A stretch of 63,128 bases of DNA, filler included, from Stramenopiles sp. TOSAG23-6 (GCA_900128565.1; 47 parts of 47 records of this genome joined end to end with filler, not necessarily neighbours in it), one strand, 5' to 3'. Positions 49,991-61,895 are shown, numbered from the whole stretch's first letter. The notes: generated by a model not told the origin, from the letters alone. Program-made: numbers and translations.

Positions 49991-51128
49991 AGGTTTCCAT
50001 GGAGAATCTTTTACATCTACACCACCACCTTTATGAATCATAGATAAATAATCATACACAGATTGTGCATTGGAATCTTGTACTGCAGCGGATATATCTT
50101 TTGTAACATCAAATAAAGCATTCATAGTAGGTCGACTTTCTTCCATAATATTAGGGTTAGGGCTAATCCTCAACTGATCTGTACCAAAAGTTGTACCTAA
50201 AAAATTTGTTTTATTATTTTCATGATTTGAAATTGATGGAATAACATGAAGCATATCTTTCTGTTTTGGTATGTCGCGTGCAGCACGAGTCAGAGCTTGG
50301 ATACGAGTTCGATGATCTTTTAGCATACCGATTCCATGACCTAACCCTAAAAATCCCATTTCATTTGTCGTTGAAAGAATCATTGATTGCCACGTGTCAT
50401 TTATAGCTGTAACCCGCATAGAATGTTCTGAAGCTTTATTTAACCCACATGTATCTTTATGAGAAATTGTTGCATTGATGTACATTACAATTCGCATAAT
50501 TTCTCTATTTGGAGCAATTCCATCAGATGACATTAGTTGAAGTAAATCAGTAGTCAGTGAAGGTATAGAGTTAGGGTTAGGGTTTTCTTGAAACTCAAAC
50601 GTTTTCTGTCGAATAGCTGCATTCTTACACGCTTGAAAAGCAGGCCAATAATATACTAAAGACGGCTGTAATGCGGTGGCAGAAATATCATTACGACCTA
50701 TATCATGTATTTGCTTGATAGCTGAGATCACTCTTGTAGCTGAATCAATATTTGAAACATTTCTTGTTATCGCCCATATCAAATCCTTGCATGTACTACT
50801 CTTTACTATTTTACCCGAATGAATGGATTGGAATAAGATTTTCCATGCAGTCTCCGTGTCATTATTCACGCATAATGCTTGAATAAGCATTTCTAATTGA
50901 TTTGTGTGAGTGAAAGTCTTATTAGAAGCCACTGTTTGACGTCCAGGAGGAGGAGGAGGAATTAATGTTTCAGTCTTTATGTGCTCAGTTCTAATTGTAT
51001 TTGCTAACTTTAATAAATGCAAAGTTTGTTTTCTATCAGGTACACTTCTATTAAATTGTACTGGGCGATTTGCTTCATATCGTAGTTTTTCAATAGCAAA
51101 CTCCAACGAAGACATATTTCTAGCTCGA
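49991..51128 (-). CDS. Hypothetical alpha-helical (PPR-like) protein exon
   Basis: Long ORF; LLQLMSSDGIAPN resembles a PPR motif. Confidence 0.55.
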
Positions 51129-51229
51129 NNNNNNNNNNNNNNNNNNNNNNNNNNNNNNNNNNNNNNNNNNNNTTAATTAATTAANNNNNNNNNNNNNNNN
51201 NNNNNNNNNNNNNNNNNNNNNNNNNNNNT

Positions 51230-51447
51230 CCCTCTGATTGTTGTTGTTNTAGGGCCGATATAAGTGTCTGAAAATTTTGCATTGCAATTTCAATCAAAGA
51301 TGAAAAGTATTCTTTATCGCTTACGTTGTTAGTAGAAATACTACTTGTTGTTGTTTCTCCGTTTGCTCCAATGGCATGTACAACACGTGTTGTGTTACAA
51401 AGCATGAAGCAAACCAAACAAATGTACAATACATGTGTTGTTTTCAT
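51230..51447 (-). CDS. Secreted protein N-terminus
   Basis: ATG followed by a hydrophobic signal-like segment. Confidence 0.45.
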
Positions 51448-52715
51448 TGTGATTTGTGTCGTTTGTGTCGTTTCTTATTCAATATATAGCAAAGAACTTC
51501 AAAGAACGTAAAGTTTTGTTTGTAAAATATTTACCTTGCGAGAAATTACATGGAGAGAAACAGAGCGACGAAAACGGAATTCGTACTTATTATATACGGA
51601 AAGTTTAACCGTCCAAACGCGCGCTGGAATTCCTACACGACGATTTTTGGATACGATTTATAACCGACGGGAGCCCACATTTTTTTTTCCAACTTGTTGT
51701 TGGCCGGCCGCCGGAGATTTTTCGATGTAAAAAAAAATCCGATAATTTCGAATCTCAAAATTCTGCTCTCTCTTGCAACTGTCATCATTTTCTCCTAGAA
51801 ATCCAGTAATTATTACTGTACAATCACCGTTTTCACTTGAGTCAATTTACCAATTTACACTTGATAGCATATTTTTAGATGTATGTTCTATTAGCTATAC
51901 GGGTACTGGCAGTTAGTACGTCCCTTTTAATGGGTCAAAAGAGCCACAAGAGCCACAAGAGCCACAAGAACCACAAGAATGTCATGAAAAAAAGGTCAAA
52001 AGTTTCAAAACGATAAAATAAAATGTAAAATCTAATTTGGGAGAAAATGACTTGATGTATTGAAATTTTATTATTATATCAACTAATAAATTCTTTTTCT
52101 GTATCTTATGATGAATGTTTTTGATACTAACAATACATTTATATATAGTTTCATAGTTTCATTATACTCTTCTTCGTCCAACGAGAGCTTTCCCCGACAC
52201 TAGCCATATGTTCATAGGACGAGTCACGAGTCAAAAAAACCATCGTCATCATCACTATCGCTGCTATCCCAAGTAGATCCTTCATCGTTTCTACTATCTT
52301 TCATCTGACCAAAATATGCCGCGTAATCAGGATTTTTATTTTCCTGTTGTCTTCTTGTTTCATCTTTCATCTGACCTTCTTTTTCGTTTTTCATCATTTC
52401 CTCTGCTGCTTTTTGCCTTCTTCGCTGTGCTCTGCGTTCCATCCGAAGTCGTTGATTTTTTANNNNNNNNNNNNNNNNNNNNNNNNNNNNNNNNNNNNNN
52501 NNNNNNTTAATTAATTAANNNNNNNNNNNNNNNNNNNNNNNNNNNNNNNNNNNNNNNNNNNNAGGTGGATGAAGCTGTTGAAAAACCTGAAGAAGTAGAA
52601 GCACCAAAGGTGGATGAGTAAAATTTCAATATATTTCTTTGCCATCAANTTTTTTTAATGTAGATTCAATTTTAGATTAAAAAACAACAATATTTCCTGT
52701 ANTTTTTATCATCAT

Positions 52716-53230
52716 TTATTTTTTCAAATACAACATTTGAACTNCTTNAAGGCGTTTGGTTAGATTTTTTCTTTCATCAATGTTTTCATCACAGATCAAA
52801 TCCATATTTAAATCATTTAAATGCCTATTATTTTTTTTACATTCCTCTTCTTTTTCCAAAATACATTTTTTTTCCGTACTAATTTTTGTACTTAAAGATT
52901 CCTTCAACAATAGAAACATCCTTTCAAGATTTGTCTTTTCTGTACTAGATAAAAACATTAATAACATTTCAAATCGTGGTAATGTTGCCACTTTTTCTAT
53001 TATTTCGATTGCTTTTTGTGCGTTAGAAAAAGAATGCGTACCAAAATCACATGAAATATCTACAATTTCAAGTAAGCGTTCAGCTTCCAATGACGTTTTA
53101 AACACTTTTTTAATCATTTTTGTCTTTTTTGGAAGTTTTAATAAATAGTTCCATCTCATATCTCGACATTGTTTTAACTGACGCCAAGTGCGTTCAAACT
53201 CAAAACCAGAGGTTGGTGTGGTAAGAATTA
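52716..53230 (-). CDS. RPAP3 C-terminal-like domain
   Basis: PTSGFEFERTWRQL...KVFKTSLE...PRFEMLLMFLSSTEK. Confidence 0.75.
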
Positions 53231-53289
53231 TTTTTTGTATTTTTTGTATTTTTTGTATTTTTTGTATTTTTTGTATTTTTTGTATTTTG

Positions 53290-53718
53290 TGAATTTTGAA
53301 TTGATACAGAGTTAGGGTTAGGGTTAATTCTCCGCATATTTGTTAACCATTGTATACATTTCCCTTCTTTCTCTCTATTATTTGAATTTTGTGTCCAAAT
53401 GGCACTTCGGTAGCCATATAGTGTAGAACTGTATTTCAAAAAACATTCAATAATATTTGTTAGGTACAAAATTCACTACAAAAAAAAAAAATGTTGAAAT
53501 TTTTTTTTTGAAATTTTCAAACGAAAAAAAATAAATTTGAAATTCATGATGAAAACGTATATTAACATCACCCGCTTCCATTTCAATCAAATCATGCCAT
53601 ATCTTAAAATACTCAAAATGAACTTTTGATAGATGACCAATTGCGTTATTGTAATTTTCATACCCAAATCCACTTGAATCTTTCGTGCCACCTTCTAAGG
53701 ATGTATGAACTAACGCAC
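53290..53718 (-). CDS. DNA2: DNA2 nuclease/helicase fragment; AT-AT intron 53416-53560
   Basis: HLSKVHFEYFKIWHDLIEME...RSAIW...REKEGKCI. Confidence 0.7.
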
Positions 53719-53896
53719 CTGTTTTGTGAAAAAAAAAAAAAAAAAAAAAATTTTTAGGTAAAAAATTTCGTACGAAAAAAAAAAAAAAAAAAAAAANNNN
53801 NNNNNNNNNNNNNNNNNNNNNNNNNNNNNNNNNNNNNNNNTTAATTAATTAANNNNNNNNNNNNNNNNNNNNNNNNNNNNNNNNNNNNNNNNNNNN

Positions 53897-55130
53897 AAAT
53901 TAGAAATCCGTCCGCGTATTTCGTCGCCAGCTGTGAATTTGAATCAATATAAAAACAATGAGAATTCGAGATTGAAAGATAAGCAATCTAAGAATGATAA
54001 CAATGGCCAAAATAGTAAAAATCATGTAAATATTGAAAATAATGAAAATGATAATGTACAAAATAATTTGGTCATATCTCCAAGTCCAAAAAAAGTTTCA
54101 CTTAACGCTTCTGGTTCATACGATGACACAAATTATGCTAATGCAATACGATCTGCTGCATCGGATGAATATTCGAAAGTTGAAAGTTCATGCAACACAC
54201 CTCCTTTTGGCTTATGTGATGATCCTGGAACAAATNNNNNNNNNNNNNNNNNNNNNNNNNNNNNNNNNNNNNNCTGTTCCTGCACTACATATTTTACAAC
54301 AGATGGAACCGTCAAAACTGGCAAACATAAAAAATTTTGAAGTTGGTAATGATAATGTTGGTTCTGTAACATGGAACTCTAGTGAATTTAGCCCAAATAA
54401 TGAATCGTATGCCAATACTGATGTACGTGGTATTGATTTATCGGTGATTAAAATAGGAATTGATAAGAATGGTTATGGGTTTGTTAGTGTTTATGACGAT
54501 GATGATAAGAAACCTGATGTTGGTAAAAAATTAAATAAACCTGCACAAATAACATTGCAACGAATATACCCTCCAGTGGGATGTTCGGCAAAGAAAATGA
54601 TTAAATGGTCTGAAAAAATTCGTCGTAATACAAAAAAAATGGTTGATTCTGAATCTGATGGTGAAGATACACAAGACATTGACGCTCATGATAAGCCTCA
54701 GTGGTTTCCAAAAGAAGGCGAATTGATCTTATGGCGTGATGCAGAACATGGACTTCAGAAAGTTATAGTACATAAATCTCATCTTCGTCGTGGTTCGGAA
54801 ATTCCAATTCCCTCAGAGCATTTTTTTACTGTACAATTGGACAATCTAGCTGCTATCCGTGTTCCTTTGACAGAACTTCAACCTATACCACATGGATTTC
54901 ATTTATCTGTACCAAGAGATTCGATGAAGACGGCTGTTGATAATGATGATATTGATCACACTAGCAAACGACAGAAACAAAGTATAACTAGATCAAAGTT
55001 TTCATCGTCTGGTCTTGATAATTCGTGCTCTGAGTCAGAGGCAAGTAGTGATGATGATGGCAGTATATCTGAAGCATCTACCATAAATGGGAAACTTCAG
55101 TTTGCGGCATCTCCTGTGTCAAAAAGTGAT
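53897..55130 (+). CDS. Protein with Nup98/Nup145 autopeptidase-like domain, gapped
   Basis: KNFEVG...GSVTW...TDVRGIDL...VSVY...KPDVGKKLNKPAQITL. Confidence 0.75.
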
Positions 55131-55230
55131 NNNNNNNNNNNNNNNNNNNNNNNNNNNNNNNNNNNNNNNNNNNNTTAATTAATTAANNNNNNNNNNNNNN
55201 NNNNNNNNNNNNNNNNNNNNNNNNNNNNNN

Positions 55231-56202
55231 ATGAACTACGTCGTATGTATTTTCAGTGAGACGTTTACTAATTTCATGTAATAAGCGCTTTTTCTGAAAA
55301 CGACTGCTTCGGGGAACAATTTCATTCAAGTCATCAATGTCTAATATAGAAAGCAAGGAACCATCAATAGAATTAAAATTGAAAGGATCAATGAAGTCAT
55401 TAAAGTTGAGTGATCTCAAAAAATTTGATACACCTCTTATTGACAAGGAGTTAAAAACGCAAATTGTGTCTTTACTTTTTGGATTTTCCTTCGCAATATA
55501 TCCATTTGAAGCTGAATGTGGCTTCGTCTTTTGGCATCGTGGTAGTTGTGCTCGTATTGAGGCCTCGTCGTTTTTTAAGATTGTAATAGCATTCTCGGCT
55601 TGTTCCTTCTGCTGATTAATTATAGTCATAGGATCATCCCAACTACTTTGATTCGTATTTTTATTGTGCCAGTATGAACTAGAAGTTGTTTCACTTTTAA
55701 TTTCTACCCATTCTGAACTGCTGCTCCGTTCAAGGTCCAAATCTTTGTGTAAGTGANNNNNNNNNNNNNNNNNNNNNNNNNNNNNNNNNNNNNNNNNNNN
55801 NNNNNNNNNNNNNNNNNNNNNNNNNNNNNNNNNNNNNNNNNNNNNNNNNNNNNNNNNNNNNNNNNNNNNNNNNNNNNNNNNNNNNNNNNNNNNNNNNNNN
55901 NNNNNNNNNNNNNNNNNNNNNNNNNNNNNNNNNNNNNNNNNNNNNNNNNNNNNNNNNNNNNNNATATTTTTAGTGCTCTATTCATCATTTTAGCTTTGTG
56001 TAATGCTGTAACAGTTGCAAGGGCAGCAACTTGTTCAGTATCAGACCTCGCCCGCGCATCGTTTGCTTTTATTCGCGCATTTTTTACAAAAACCTTTATA
56101 TCATCAAGTGCCTTTCTCTTTCCAATTTCAGATGAGGTACCTACGGATGATTCGTAGTCAATTTGCGATTGTAAACACATGTTTGTAGGTGTACTGCTTG
56201 TG
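55231..56202 (-). CDS. WW + SAM domain protein fragment
   Basis: EWVE...YWHNKNTNQSSWDDP; VSNFLRSL...IDGSLL. Confidence 0.8.
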
Positions 56203-56666
56203 NNNNNNNNNNNNNNNNNNNNNNNATATTTTTAGTGCTCTATTCATCATTTTAGCTTTGTGTAATGCTGTAACAGTTGCAAGGGCAGCAACTTGTTCAG
56301 TATCAGACCTCGCCCGCGCATCGTTTGCTTTTATTCGCGCATTTTTTACAAAAACCTTTATATCATCAAGTGCCTTTCTCTTTCCAATTTCAGATGAGGT
56401 ACCTACGGATGATTCGTAGTCAATTTGCGATTGTAAACACATGTTTGTAGGTGTACTGCTTGTGNNNNNNNNNNNNNNNNNNNNNNNNNNNNNNNNNNNN
56501 NNNNNNNNTTAATTAATTAANNNNNNNNNNNNNNNNNNNNNNNNNNNNNNNNNNNNNNNNNNNNTTTTTTTAAATTTTTTTTGTTACAAAATTTTGTCCC
56601 TAAAAANTTTTTTTTTTTTTTTTTTGAAACTAAAAAAAAAAATTTGAAATATTTTCCAAAATACAT

Positions 56667-57675
56667 GTCCAAATGATACAAATGGGATTCTTGCTTGGCC
56701 AACAGAACGTGATGAATCAGATGCTTTAGTCATTCGATTAGATGCTCGAGATGGATCTGTGACAATGATAAAAACAATTGACAGTTTTGGTACTGATAAA
56801 GCTCAAGCTATTACAAGTAATAATGATTATCTATTTGTTGTGGTTACAACCACTGGAAACTATCTACAAGCATGTTTTATTTTTTTCAAATTTTTATCTA
56901 AATTTTTTTTTTTTTGGTTTTCATACGAAATTTCGTACCTAACAAAAAAAAATCAAAAAAAAATATATTTTCACAATACAAAATACTGGTAGAGATTGTG
57001 TCATTGGTCTTGGATCTGTTTGCTTTACAAGTATTGATTTATTTATTTTGGAAATAAATACAAAAACAGGAAAAATTCTAGAACGATTTCAGTGGGGTGG
57101 ACAAGGAGAAGATGTATGTTTTATTTTTTTTTTTTTTACCGAAAAAAAAAAAATCAATTTTTTTTTTTATAAAAATTTTGTACCTAACGATTTTTTTACA
57201 AAAAAATATTTTTCAGAATACATAGTGTTCAAGATATCGCAATGGCTCCAAATTTTGATCCTGAATGTGAACAATGTTTTTATGTATTGGGGACTACAAC
57301 CAATCCTATATCAAATACAAATACTAAATCAACAAATACAAATACTAAATCAACAAATACAAATACTTCATCAAATCCATCAAATATAAATACAGATTCT
57401 ACAAATGAAAATACTTTTGTTAATTTTGGTCGATGTGGAAAATCATTTTCTTGTGGAGGCCAAGATGTCTTTGTAGCATTAATCGATACACGAAAAAATT
57501 TACAACCTATACGTTGGATAACTCTTCTCGGTGAAAAAGATAATGACTATGCTCATGGACTTACTTGGTTTGCTGGTAGTTTACATATATTATCGTCTAC
57601 AAAAGCAATAGGCAAAAACAACAAAAACAACATTGACGTATCTCAACAGAATTCAAATTTAAATTCAAATGTAAT
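56667..57675 (+). CDS. Beta-propeller-like repeat protein, 3 exons; introns 56870-56981 (GC-AA) and 57114-57223 (GT-AT)
   Basis: Recurring DxFV/GxxxxD.A..I motifs. Frame continuous after splicing. Confidence 0.7.
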
Positions 57676-57897
57676 GTATGTTTTAATTTTTTTCAATTTT
57701 TTTTTTCGAAAATTAAATTTTTTTTTATACGAAATTTTGTACCTAACAATTTTTTTTTTTTTTTGGTAAAAAAATTTTGAAATATTTTTCCAAAATANNN
57801 NNNNNNNNNNNNNNNNNNNNNNNNNNNNNNNNNNNNNNNNNTTAATTAATTAANNNNNNNNNNNNNNNNNNNNNNNNNNNNNNNNNNNNNNNNNNNN

Positions 57898-59029
57898 CAA
57901 ATAATTTGACTTTTGTATTTTGGAAAAATATTTCAAATTTTTTTTGTTAGGTTCAAAATTCCGTACGAAAAAAAAATTCGATTGTTTTGTAAAAAAAAAA
58001 ATAAAACATACATCCCCAAATTCAACGCTGCAGAAGCTGAATATTTTGATTTGGATTTTTGTACGATTTCATTATTTTTTGATTCAGTATTGTTCAAATG
58101 ACCTAATTGTAATGCACGTATTAAATAATGTTGTTGAGTCATACCACTACTCATTGACTCGGATGTACCCATTGCATCCATCGCTCCGTTGGCACCAGCA
58201 AGACCAATCCACCAGATATTGTGAAGAATATTTTTTTTGTTTTTTTGTTTTTTTGTTAGTGAAAAAAAAATGTTAGGTACAAAATGTACTATAAAAACAA
58301 ATTAGATTAAAAAACATCAATTTTGAAAACGTACAGCGTTGATCACAGGGATTACAAATAATTGCACTAGAAAACATTTTTTTTGCTTCTTCTGTACAAC
58401 TTTTAAAATTTGTATTTTTCTTTTGTTGTTGAATTTTATAATTCTTGAGATAAAATATATTGTACATTAATATTTCAAACATTCGATGTTATTGTTAGGT
58501 ACAAAACGTCGTATGAAAATTAAAAAAAATAATACATTCAAAATTCATAATGAAAACCTATATATCCCGACATCTCCCCATGTTTCTGCTAACCAAGGCG
58601 ATATTCGAATTCTACGAAGAAAAGCTGCCCTACATTGCTTTGAATACTTTTGGTAAGTTTCAAATACCATATTGTTATCAATATGATTCATTGTAGTAAC
58701 ATCAATATTGTTCTCATGTATACCACAAAAAGCTTCTAATGGCACATCCATGGCTAGAGAATTTAAATCTCCTAGTAATTTTATACAACAGATAGAATCA
58801 GATCGTATGTTTTTGAAAAAATATTTCAAAAAAAAAATTTGTTAGGTACAAAATTTCGTATGAAAATAAATTCGAAATTGAAAAAAAATAAAACATACAG
58901 ATGTACACAACGCTGAGCAGCTTTGATGCCATCAGATAATGCTACAGCGGCAGCAGACATTCTTCCCGATTGGATCATTTTTTTTGCGTGATAGAGACGA
59001 ACATTTGCTGATCCAAACAGAGCTAATAA
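57898..59029 (-). CDS. TPR protein (possibly SKI3/TTC37-like), 5 exons; introns 58807-58898 (GT-AT), 58455-58561 (AT-AT), 58214-58334 (GT-CT)
   Basis: PWLAETWGDVGIF, NPCDQRWWIGLA, QQHYLIRALQL, ALNLG. Confidence 0.65.
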
Positions 59030-59322
59030 ATGTATTTTGGAAAAATATTTCAAAAAAAATCTAAAACAAATTGTTAGGTACAAAATATACTAAAAAAAAA
59101 AAAAAAAATAAAAATTAAAAAAAAAAAAAANNNNNNNNNNNNNNNNNNNNNNNNNNNNNNNNNNNNNNNNNNNNTTAATTAATTAANNNNNNNNNNNNNN
59201 NNNNNNNNNNNNNNNNNNNNNNNNNNNNNNTGGAAAAATATTTCAAAAAAAAATCGTTAGGTACAAAATTTCGTACGAAAAAAAAAATCAGACAAAAAAT
59301 TGAAAAAAAAACTAAAACATAC

Positions 59323-60322
59323 ATATAGACTTCGGTGTAGTTTGAAGAGTATTATGATTTGAAATGATTATTTGAGGTGAGTTATGAGTTGACGAGGGAT
59401 TGATTTTTTGAGGCAGTGCGCCCCAACTCCAACTTGTTTCTTCTTCTGCAATCGTGGAATTTATTTGGTCTACATTTTTATAATTATTATCGTAAAGAGT
59501 ATTCAAAGCATTAGTGCTTGGACGTCTAAAAAAAGAGTGTCGTTGTTTCTTGACGACTTCAACCACAGTATCACTTCTCTCTGATTGAGGATGTTCAGCA
59601 TCATTTATCTGTTCTATAGGGCTAGTAATACCACTCTGTGAATATCGATCACTATCAGGAGAATGTAGTGCGTTCTTTTCCTCTACATTTTGTGGATTTT
59701 GTGGACTCGCCTTCGATGCAGATCCTAGCGACTTTAAGAAACTTTTTGCCTTCAATAGGACTGGACTTGCTGTATGTTGACTAATAACTGCGATACGTGT
59801 GGCTTCAGCAGTGCCTTCCCTTACGATAGGTATTTCTATTTTGAGGTGGCCATTGTCTGTTAAAGTGTCTTTGTTGAGATCGAACTCAATGGGACTTGGA
59901 CTTCTTGACCCTCGAGGACTTCCCAAAGGACTAACAAGAGGACTGACAAGAGGACTCACTAAAGGACTTACTAAAGGACTCACCAAAGGACTTGACAAAG
60001 GAGATGTGTTGTATCCAGGGTCCAACGATGGCACGGACGATTCTCGTACGAAGAACGCTGCACCTTCACTACCTAACTTCATATTAAAAGGCGCAGTTTC
60101 CCCATTTACTTTAATCTTTACTACTTTATCTTTCGAGCTAAATACCTGAAACTTTCCAAATCTTACATGAAATGGGGTACTTTTGATATCATCAGGAGTA
60201 TCTCCCTGAATAGCAACCACATCAATTGCACCTGAAAGTGTCGCAGAATTAATATCTACTGAACTAGCAACACTGTTAACAGAAGCTATTGTATAATCCT
60301 TGACAGTTTTCCAGATCTCCAT
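59323..60322 (-). CDS. PAH1: Lipin/PAH1 phosphatidate phosphatase, N-LIP exon
   Basis: ATLSGAIDVV...STPFHVRFGK...MKLGSEGAAFF; WSWGALP. Confidence 0.93.
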
Positions 60323-60712
60323 CTCACTATTCTATTCAGTATAACCACTCAAATAACAGCAAATGAGTTCAATGGATGCGCTAAATCGTCTGCAATCCAA
60401 GTTGCGTAGTTTTTGCTACTACTCGTAGCTAGTACTGTGCAAATATAGACTTACCGGTAGAGTNNNNNNNNNNNNNNNNNNNNNNNNNNNNNNNNNNNNN
60501 NNNNNNNTTAATTAATTAANNNNNNNNNNNNNNNNNNNNNNNNNNNNNNNNNNNNNNNNNNNNGTGTGGTTTTGAATTATATCAGTAGTATCGTCACTGT
60601 GCGTTGAAGGACTTCTGTTATTGGTTCTTGCTTCAAAAGCGATTTGACTATCTACTGGCCAATATCGATCCCAATACTGTCAACAATATGTCAATATAAA
60701 ACGATAAAAAAA

Positions 60713-61700
60713 CAATGATTATGTAAATATTTCTTTGAATGATCGTATAATATTGAACATACCAGTCAATACCACCTCGACCTTTTGGTTTACAAAAGAA
60801 ATTCCACAGTCTCCAGGTCCGCGTGGTGCATTTGGTACTAATAATGACTCATGGTCTGGTCTTGGCGTGTTCTTCAATATCCGTAATAAGGACAAGGAGG
60901 AGTCATATGTAAGTGCTGTTATAAAAAGTTCAAGTCATCACAAGAACACTTCTCAAATGGAAAAACGATGTAATGCTAAACAATTGCTATGGCAATATTC
61001 GGCAACTAATACTTCGGATGAAACGAGTGCTAAAATTCGTAAATCTCGTGACATAGTCTCACGGGTAAGAATCATATACGATGCCACATTGAAAACTGTT
61101 GTTGTTAACTTGAGTTTTGATAATTAGACCGAAAATAATACTGAGTGGAGACCATGTTTAACGTTACGTGATGTTGAATTACCTCAAAAAGAAGGTTTAT
61201 GTACGTTTTTTCATCATTCATTTTTTTTTTTTTCATATATAATTTCATACCTAACGATTTTTTTTTGTAGCATATTTTTTAGTATACATATTTTTCAGTT
61301 TCTGCAAATTCTCTCGTCAGAGGCGATAAGTATCATCTTCGTAGTCTTGCTGTGGCTTCTGATTGGGATGTATCTGATACAGATTTCAATGATTTTAAAG
61401 CAGATCCAAATCTCAGTCAAGATGACGTACGTTTTTTCATCATGAATTTCAAATTTATTTTTTTCATACGAAATTTTGTACCTAACATTTAAAAAAAAAA
61501 AATTGTACTCAAAAAAATATTTTTTCACAATGCATATATTGAAGATTAACCAGATTCTAAAAAGTTCTGATGTGGATTCTCCTCTCTTACAATTAATCAG
61601 ACAAAATCATGCAAACCATGCCGAGAATATGAATGCTGTACATGAACATATAGAAAATGAACTTGAAGAATTAGAGAATCATATAAGTCATTTAATTCAA
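60713..61700 (+). CDS. L-type lectin (ERGIC-53/VIP36-like) with coiled coil; introns 61201-61289 and 61427-61535; in-frame TAG at 61125
   Basis: FWFT...GAFG...WSGLGVFF, WRPC...VELP, YFSVSA. Confidence 0.75.
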
Positions 61701-61895
61701 GTACGTTTTTCATTTGAATTTCAAATTTATATTAAATTTTTTTTAAATTTTTTTTTTATAAAAATTTTGTACCTAAAAAAAAAAATCAAATTTTTGNNNN
61801 NNNNNNNNNNNNNNNNNNNNNNNNNNNNNNNNNNNNNNNNTTAATTAATTAANNNNNNNNNNNNNNNNNNNNNNNNNNNNNNNNNNNNNNNNNNN

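Noticed and set aside
52716-53718. Apparent DNA2-RPAP3 fusion
   Set aside because: The two parts are in different frames and meet exactly at an (AAAAATACA)n repeat. Probably a misjoin.
57909-58011. A further GT...AA intron
   Set aside because: An in-frame AAG lies 3 nt downstream, so the acceptor is ambiguous. Excluded from the counts, as was the unresolved acceptor near 37255.
1261-61895. Regularly spaced TTAATTAATTAA palindromes
   Set aside because: Artificial six-frame-stop spacer between contigs. Adjacency across spacers carries no synteny information.
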